A stretch of DNA of 64,000 bases, taken from contig JABJCN010000157.1 of NCBI GenBank assembly GCA_018668635.1, positions 170 to 64,169 on the forward strand. Direction: 5' to 3'. Numbering within the stretch: the stretch's first letter is position 1; the number at the start of each line of letters is the position of its first letter. The DNA comes from Opitutia bacterium (GTDB lineage Bacteria > Verrucomicrobiota > Verrucomicrobiia > Opitutales > JABJCN01). A program made the position numbers and the translations under genes. Shown here piece by piece: positions 58,141-64,000 of this stretch. The notes beneath the pieces were generated by a model. That model saw only the letters and a list, made by a program, of their open reading frames with translations, made no database searches and had not been told where the DNA came from.

Positions 58141-61100
58141 TCAAGACTTGGTTACCGTTTCATCGAGGTTGAGAAGTGTGTTGGCAATGGCAAACCATGC
58201 AGCCAATTCCTGGGGGTCCAGTCCAGGCGATGCCTTGTAACCCTTTATTGAACCAATCAGCTCAGTTGCTCTCAGGGGATTGCTTTTAAGGTCTATGATT
58301 TCAGACTTATAAAGTTCATGGAGTGCTGCAATTTCCTGCTGGGTAGGGGCCCGTGCCACTGTACGGCGAAATGCAAGTCGTATTTTCTTTTCGAGGGATA
58401 GTGTGGGATTCCCGGACAAAATACTGTCTGCAAATGCCAATGCCATCTCAATGTAGGCTTCGTCATTAAGGAGTGTAAGTGCCTGCAATGGGGTGTTTGT
58501 GCGACTGCGGCGTGGATGACAAGCGGATCGATCCGGGCCATCAAAATTGACGAAACTGGGGTAGGGGGCTGCACGTCGCCATATGATGTAGATGCCACGG
58601 CGAAAACGATCCTCATCCGTGGCGGCGGCATATTTGGGTTCATTACGGCCCACCTGCTTCCATAGGCCGTCAGGTTGCGGTGGGTAAATGGGTGGACCAT
58701 GCATCTTGTCCGAAAGGATTCCGCTTACCTGAAGCGCATTATCCCGTATCATTTCAGCTGTCATCCTGAAGCGAGGGCCTCGGGCATACATCCTGTTGAG
58801 TGGATCCTGCTTGAGGAGTTCGGGAGTGATGCGGGAACTTTGACGGTAGGTGTCGGACAGGACAATCGTTCGATGAATGTGCTTCATGGACCATTTGTTT
58901 TCCATGAATTCAATGGCCAACCAATCAAGAAGCTTGGGATGGGTGGGTGGTTCAGACTGGGAACCAAAGTCTTCCTCCGTGGAAACAATTCCCCTGCCCA
59001 TGAATTGTCCCCACCATCGATTGACCGTAACACGAGCCATCAATGGGTTCTCCTTGGAAACCAACCATTTGGCGAAACCAAGCCTGTTTCCCGAGAAATT
59101 CTCATCCCATGCATGGAGAGAGTCCGGGGTGCCCGGGGAGACAGCCTTTCCCTTTTCCATGAATTGTCCGCGAATCATGACGTTTGTCTTTCGTGCTGTC
59201 TCCATCTCGACCATGACAAGTGTGGAGGACTTTTTGATTCCATCACCAGCCTTCTTTGCATTGGCCACATCCTTTTCCAACGACTTGACCTTGGGATGCT
59301 CCTTCATGCACTGCTCACGGAGTTTCTCCATTTCCTTTTTTGTGGGTTTGTTTTTCTTTAGAAGGGCAATGATATCCTTCGGAATTGATGAGCTTTTGCC
59401 ACCGGCAGTAACTGTTGGTGATACGGACAGAAGGGTGCGGCCAACATTACGACCCCCACCATAAACATGGTTCAGCTTGAACACCAGGGATGAACCGGGT
59501 TCTGGTGTAACGGGCGTTGTTAGGTTGAAGGTTGCCCAGTGCGGTTTGCCAAACTCTGGAGCGATGGCCCAGCCATTGCGGGGTTCATGCTTTCCGTCGA
59601 TGAGGTGGGCGACTGAAAAACTGCCCTGTGAGAAACTGGCCTGCGCTCCGTTTAGCGCAATGGGGATCTCCTTACCGTCGGGACCCCGAAGAAAGACAGA
59701 CAATTCGGAGAGGACAAAATTAGGGTTTTTGTTGGTGGTATTTCGTCCGGGGCCTGATTTCTTAAGAGACTTATGGGTCAGCGCATCCAGCTTGATCGAT
59801 GCAATGCGTGTGGATGGTGCCTTTGCCTCGAAAGTGTAAAGAGTCTTGTCGGCGGAGATTCCCATGGCAAGGAGTGAACCATCCTTCAGTAACTCGAACG
59901 GTTCCTTGCCGGAAGATTTCCAGCTGGTGAAATCAAGGACCTTCCAATCGGGGACTTTTTTTACATCCAGGGTCAGTTCTTTCCTTCTTTCACTAAGCCA
60001 TTGATTGAAACCTGCATTCGCTTTCTTTTTTGCAAGGGCAAGGGCGGTCTCTGCGTCACTCAATCGAGCGACGACTTGTGCCATTTTTTCTGATTGCTCA
60101 CCGGAAAGGGGGAGATCCAGTTTGGGACCGTAGAAATTGTAACTGACCCCGCCTTTTCCCTCAACTTCAAGTGGCGTATTATTAAAGAATGAAAATATTC
60201 TATAATAATCCTCCTGCGAGAAAGGATCATACTTGTGACTGTGACATTGAGCGCATTCAAGTGTTGTCCCCAACCATACTGTACCGGTTGTATTGACTCG
60301 ATCAACAACCTGGTTGGTGCGGTTTTCCTCCGGGTCAACTCCTGCCTCAACATTACAGGTGGGAGTGCGGTGAAAACCGGTTGCGATTTTCTGGGCCAGA
60401 GTGGGCGAGGGGAGCAGGTCACCGGCAATCTGTTCAACAGTAAACTGGTCGAAAGGCATGTCGGCATTCATAGCATCGATAACCCAGTCTCTATATGCCC
60501 AACTGTCGCGCAATTGGTCGGCTTGGAATCCATTGGAGTCTGCGTAACGTGCCAGGTCGAGCCACTGGCGTGCCCAGTGCTCACCGTATCGCTTGGACTT
60601 AAGCAGGCGATCAACAACCATCGTGTATGCGTCAGGTGAATCCTCCTCAAGGAATGCATCCAGTTGCTTTAAGGTCGGCGGCAAACCTGTCAGGTCAAGG
60701 TGAACACGTCGGAGGAGTCTCGCCTTTTCTGCAGTCGGGGAGAGCTGAAGCGAAAGCTTTTCAAGCTCTGCCACTATGAATTGATCAATTGGATTACCGG
60801 TATCTGCATTTACATCAGGTGGGACGGGCTTGATTGGTTTTTGGTAAGCCCAATGTTTCTGGTATTTGCCTCCCTCTGTTATCCATTGTTGAAGAACAGC
60901 AATCTGTTTCACGTTGAGTGGCTGGACTGCATTTTTTTTTGGAGGCATTCGGTCATCTCCGGGATGAGTGACCCGAGCCAAGAGTTCACTATCATTTGGT
61001 TTTCCCGGGGTGATTGCCGCTTTCCCTGATTTTCCACCCTTCAAAGCACCGGTCTCAAGATCAAGCCGGAGTCCACCTTTTTGCTGGTCCAGCCCATGGC

Positions 61101-61215
61101 AACTAAAGCACTTTTCCGAGAGAATGGGGCGGATATCCCTATTGAATTCAACACCTGAGGCATCCAGGCAGGAAATGACTACCAGCGAACTTAGAACTAT
61201 GTGCAGACGATTCAT
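58141..61215 (-). CDS. PSCyt (planctomycete cytochrome c) / DUF1549 / DUF1553 protein (PSD1-type)
   Basis: Signal peptide; FNRDIRPILSEKCFSCHG (CxxCH); DUF1549-like RRVHLDLTGLPPT...YGEHWARQWLD.ARYADSNG; CAQCHSHKYDP; DUF1553 C-terminal region. Confidence 0.85.
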   Translation of the reverse strand: MNRLHIVLSSLVVISCLDASGVEFNRDIRPILSEKCFSCHGLDQQKGGLRLDLETGALKGGKSGKAAITPGKPNDSELLARVTHPGDDRMPPKKNAVQPLNVKQIAVLQQWITEGGKYQKHWAYQKPIKPVPPDVNADTGNPIDQFIVAELEKLSLQLSPTAEKARLLRRVHLDLTGLPPTLKQLDAFLEEDSPDAYTMVVDRLLKSKRYGEHWARQWLDLARYADSNGFQADQLRDSWAYRDWVIDAMNADMPFDQFTVEQIAGDLLPSPTLAQKIATGFHRTPTCNVEAGVDPEENRTNQVVDRVNTTGTVWLGTTLECAQCHSHKYDPFSQEDYYRIFSFFNNTPLEVEGKGGVSYNFYGPKLDLPLSGEQSEKMAQVVARLSDAETALALAKKKANAGFNQWLSERRKELTLDVKKVPDWKVLDFTSWKSSGKEPFELLKDGSLLAMGISADKTLYTFEAKAPSTRIASIKLDALTHKSLKKSGPGRNTTNKNPNFVLSELSVFLRGPDGKEIPIALNGAQASFSQGSFSVAHLIDGKHEPRNGWAIAPEFGKPHWATFNLTTPVTPEPGSSLVFKLNHVYGGGRNVGRTLLSVSPTVTAGGKSSSIPKDIIALLKKNKPTKKEMEKLREQCMKEHPKVKSLEKDVANAKKAGDGIKKSSTLVMVEMETARKTNVMIRGQFMEKGKAVSPGTPDSLHAWDENFSGNRLGFAKWLVSKENPLMARVTVNRWWGQFMGRGIVSTEEDFGSQSEPPTHPKLLDWLAIEFMENKWSMKHIHRTIVLSDTYRQSSRITPELLKQDPLNRMYARGPRFRMTAEMIRDNALQVSGILSDKMHGPPIYPPQPDGLWKQVGRNEPKYAAATDEDRFRRGIYIIWRRAAPYPSFVNFDGPDRSACHPRRSRTNTPLQALTLLNDEAYIEMALAFADSILSGNPTLSLEKKIRLAFRRTVARAPTQQEIAALHELYKSEIIDLKSNPLRATELIGSIKGYKASPGLDPQELAAWFAIANTLLNLDETVTKS

Positions 61216-61242
61216 GTAAAATCGTCAATGTGCCTACCATAT

Positions 61243-62469
61243 CTAGGGATTGGCGTCTACGCAAATAAGGTCTCCTCGGGCATTTCTTGCGTAGATAAAT
61301 CCATTTGCAAGAACGGGAACTGTCCAGCACTTCCCACGAAGGGCATGAATCTCAGCGGTTGGCTCGAAGCTTTTCGTAGAAACTGGAGCCTCAACCAGTT
61401 GACCGCGTTCACCAAGGGCCAGTATTTGACCGGACGCAACCATGAGTGACCCACAGCGAAGTTCCGCTCCACCACGCCATTTGCTCTTACCGGTGCTCAA
61501 TTCCAGACATACCAGTTCCTTGGGGCCGGCCATATGTGAGTTTCCATCAAAACCATAGATATGACCATCAAGGATTACGGAATTGTTCATGTGGTTCGAG
61601 AGATTTTTGTTTTCCCAAAGCGTATTCAGTTGATTGCCCTGCAACTCAAAGAGGGCACATCCCCTGTGATATCCTGTGGACACGAATATTTTTCCGTCGG
61701 GTAAGACAATGGGGGAGGTGGAGTTGGTGCGAAATGAGGTTTCCCATTTCCTGAATGCAACAGAGGACCCATCTGTTGCATCAAGAATGACAAGTCCATC
61801 AGTCTTCAAGGTTGCAATCAGCGTTCTGCCATTATGCGTGAAAGTGGCAGGAGTTCCGTATGCATGGCGGTATCTCTTGCTTCGCCAAATATCCTTTCCA
61901 CTCTCTTTATCCAGTGCGAAGGTGTATCCTCCCTCAATCAGGAGCTTGTCTCCAAGGACAACAGGGGAGCCAGCAAAACCCCATTCCGGAGGTTTTTTCA
62001 TGGCAGCAGCTTTCATCATATTACGTTCCCAGAAAACCTTGCCAGTTGCTGCAGCGTAACACTTGAGACGCCCGTCCTTACTGATTGTGTAAACTCGATC
62101 CCCATGTACGGTCGGGGTGGAGCATGGACCTCCTTCATGTAGATAATCAACAAGGACAGCCGGGTAGGTGTCGGCCCAGACCGGTTTGCCGGTCAAGGCA
62201 TCCAGGCAATGGACTGTTTCCATGCCATCTTTTTTTAATCCGTTGTGACCCATTGTATAAATTCTACCCTTGGACACCGAGATGGAGGAGAAGCCAACAC
62301 CAATGCTCTCTTTCCATATAATATTGGCATTTGAAAGACTCCATTGGGATTCACTGGATATACCATTCAGTGCGGGTCCTCGCCAGTTTGGCCAGTCGAC
62401 TGCAACAAGATTAGTGCAGACTAGAATCAAGGTAATTAGAGATGCATTCCTTATGTTCATGGGATGCAA
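61243..62469 (-). CDS. Secreted PQQ-like (BamB-like) beta-propeller repeat protein
   Basis: Signal peptide; DWPNWRGPALNGIS entry motif; repeated blades (GKPVWAD, GKVFWER, GKDIWRS, LNTLWEN, GKSKWRG). Confidence 0.7.
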   Translation of the reverse strand: MHPMNIRNASLITLILVCTNLVAVDWPNWRGPALNGISSESQWSLSNANIIWKESIGVGFSSISVSKGRIYTMGHNGLKKDGMETVHCLDALTGKPVWADTYPAVLVDYLHEGGPCSTPTVHGDRVYTISKDGRLKCYAAATGKVFWERNMMKAAAMKKPPEWGFAGSPVVLGDKLLIEGGYTFALDKESGKDIWRSKRYRHAYGTPATFTHNGRTLIATLKTDGLVILDATDGSSVAFRKWETSFRTNSTSPIVLPDGKIFVSTGYHRGCALFELQGNQLNTLWENKNLSNHMNNSVILDGHIYGFDGNSHMAGPKELVCLELSTGKSKWRGGAELRCGSLMVASGQILALGERGQLVEAPVSTKSFEPTAEIHALRGKCWTVPVLANGFIYARNARGDLICVDANP

Positions 62470-62553
62470 CTATCATCACATGCATCAGATATTGTCAATT
62501 TGGGGTTTGCCAAGGGTTGTCTGTTTCGTTTCCTAACCGCCTTTACATTGGTG

Positions 62554-64000
62554 ATGGACGACCTTCAAAAGATACGAAACTTCTGTATCATAGCTCACGT
62601 GGACCACGGAAAGACAACTCTTTCCGATCGTCTGCTTGAGACCACGCGTACTGTGGAGCAACGGCAGATGAAGGAACAGCTGCTGGATTCCATGGACCTG
62701 GAACGAGAGCGTGGAATCACAATCAAGAGCCATCCTGTCTCCATGGTTTATACAGACCCGGAAAAAGGGGAGTTTCTTTTTAACCTGATCGATACACCGG
62801 GGCATGTTGACTTTACATATGAAGTGTCCCGAAGTTTGGCCGCATGTGAGGGAGCAATTCTTCTCATTGATGCATCCCAGGGAGTCGAAGCGCAGACAGT
62901 TGCCAATACAGTACTGGCGCATGAACAGGGGCTGCAAATCATTCCTGTGTTCAACAAGGTGGACCTTCCCAGTTCAAACCTGCCAATGGTAAAACGACAA
63001 CTGGAGGACATACTTGCCGTTCCGGCGGACGAGGGAATTCAAGCCAGCGGAAAGACCGGGGAGGGGACCTCGGATATCCTGAAGGCCATTGTGGAACGTT
63101 TACCTTCCCCTCGACTTCATGAATACAATGGGACCAGAATCCTTATCTTTGACAGCGTCTACGATGCTTTCAGGGGAGTGATCTGTTATGTGCGTGTCTT
63201 TTCCGGAACGGTCAAGGTTGGGGACACGGTCTTGAGCATGAGCGACGGACGAAAGACGGTAATCAAGGACCTCGGGCGTTTTTCGCCCCAGATGGTCTCT
63301 GAACAGGAACTTACCCCAGGAAGAGTTGGTTACATGGTGACAGACATTCGTGATGTTTCTGACATTAAGATTGGAGATACCCTGACTCATGTCGACAACC
63401 CCGCAAAAGATATGCTTCCCGGTTACAAGGAAGTACGCCCCATGGTCTTTAGCGGCGTCTACCCAATAGATTCTTCAGACTACGAGAAACTGAAAGCCAG
63501 TGTCGGGAAATTGCGCCTGAACGATGCGGCATTCACATATCAGGCTGAAAACTCTGTGGCATTAGGTTTTGGGTTTCGCTGTGGATTTCTTGGACTGCTT
63601 CACATGGAGATTATACAGGAACGTCTTCGGCGTGAATACGACCTGGATATTATCTCAACCTACCCGAGTGTTGTCTACCGGGTGCACAAGACGGGGGGCG
63701 AGGTAATTGATGTCGATAACCCGGTCCTCCTCCCGGATCCGTCAGAAATTGAGGAAATCCATGAACCTTTCATTAAGGCAACAATCCATATACCCAATGA
63801 CAGTATAGGTGACATACTTGCCCTGGTTACGAATAAGCGAGGATCATGCACCCATACCGAGATGATTGATGATACTCGTATCATGCTGACATGCAGTCTG
63901 CCATTGAATGAGATATTGGTTGATTTTTATGATCGCCTAAAATCCATTACGCATGGATACGGTTCCATGGATTATGAGATTGCCGACTACCAACCGGGAG
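62554..64000 (+). CDS. lepA: Elongation factor 4 (LepA), 3'-partial (runs off right edge)
   Basis: MDDLQKIRNFCIIAHVDHGKTTLSDRLL (G1), LIDTPGHVDFTYEVSRSL (G3), NKVDL (G4), GFRCGFLGLLHMEIIQERL. It is absent from the ORF track because there is no stop codon in the window. Confidence 0.95.
   Translation, partial: MDDLQKIRNFCIIAHVDHGKTTLSDRLLETTRTVEQRQMKEQLLDSMDLERERGITIKSHPVSMVYTDPEKGEFLFNLIDTPGHVDFTYEVSRSLAACEGAILLIDASQGVEAQTVANTVLAHEQGLQIIPVFNKVDLPSSNLPMVKRQLEDILAVPADEGIQASGKTGEGTSDILKAIVERLPSPRLHEYNGTRILIFDSVYDAFRGVICYVRVFSGTVKVGDTVLSMSDGRKTVIKDLGRFSPQMVSEQELTPGRVGYMVTDIRDVSDIKIGDTLTHVDNPAKDMLPGYKEVRPMVFSGVYPIDSSDYEKLKASVGKLRLNDAAFTYQAENSVALGFGFRCGFLGLLHMEIIQERLRREYDLDIISTYPSVVYRVHKTGGEVIDVDNPVLLPDPSEIEEIHEPFIKATIHIPNDSIGDILALVTNKRGSCTHTEMIDDTRIMLTCSLPLNEILVDFYDRLKSITHGYGSMDYEIADYQPG

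Noticed and set aside
1-64000. tRNA, rRNA, CRISPR arrays, riboswitch-like leaders
   Set aside because: I scanned the intergenic regions by eye (10979-11104, 16046-16159, 19175-19346, 23489-23724, 35585-35798, 36462-36617, 38957-39267, 62470-62553). None shows cloverleaf-like complementarity, spaced direct repeats or conserved leader structures. A tRNAscan/Infernal run would be needed to exclude them formally.

Overview
Gene-dense 64-kb chromosomal window with about 32 protein-coding genes on both strands. I saw no rRNA, tRNA, CRISPR array, transposase or integrase. All family calls are by-eye motif recognition; no HMM or BLAST search was run.

The gene content includes five Cys-type sulfatases, a DUF1501 plus PSCyt/DUF1549/DUF1553 pair, a ThuA-dehydrogenase-HEAT-cytochrome c fusion, DUF1080 proteins, a Rhodopirellula/Verrucomicrobium-type ECF sigma with a FecR-LamG anti-sigma, and a Ser/Thr kinase with PP2C. 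This points to a marine polysaccharide-degrading member of the PVC superphylum (Verrucomicrobiota or Planctomycetota), inferred from family content only.

Layout:
- 1-10.9 kb: partial ROK gene, an acyltransferase-3 with an inserted ankyrin module, divergent sulfatases, and a four-gene overlapping operon (propeller, sulfatase, ceramidase-like, esterase). The esterase is split by a frameshift in an A7 tract.
- 11-19 kb: BspA-type LRR lipoprotein, HExxH-DUF1080 fusion, DUF4349, DUF3472-like protein, D-TA-type PLP enzyme.
- 19-28 kb: two sulfatases, a metallophosphoesterase, and a ThuA-fusion plus Gfo/Idh/MocA pair.
- 28-35.6 kb: MORN-variant lipoprotein, a TIM-barrel/PP2C/kinase-SHD1-FGE-like/DUF1080 operon, and a propeller gene.
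- 35.6-56.7 kb (the standout locus): an AT-rich orphan ORF, an ECF sigma, a FecR-LamG anti-sigma, and one uninterrupted 17.5-kb ORF of 5,830 aa. In this giant ORF, cadherin repeats are repeatedly split at the same loop by nested C-type lectin, beta-propeller or LamG domains.
- 56.7-64 kb: DUF1501/PSD/propeller triad and the 5' part of lepA.
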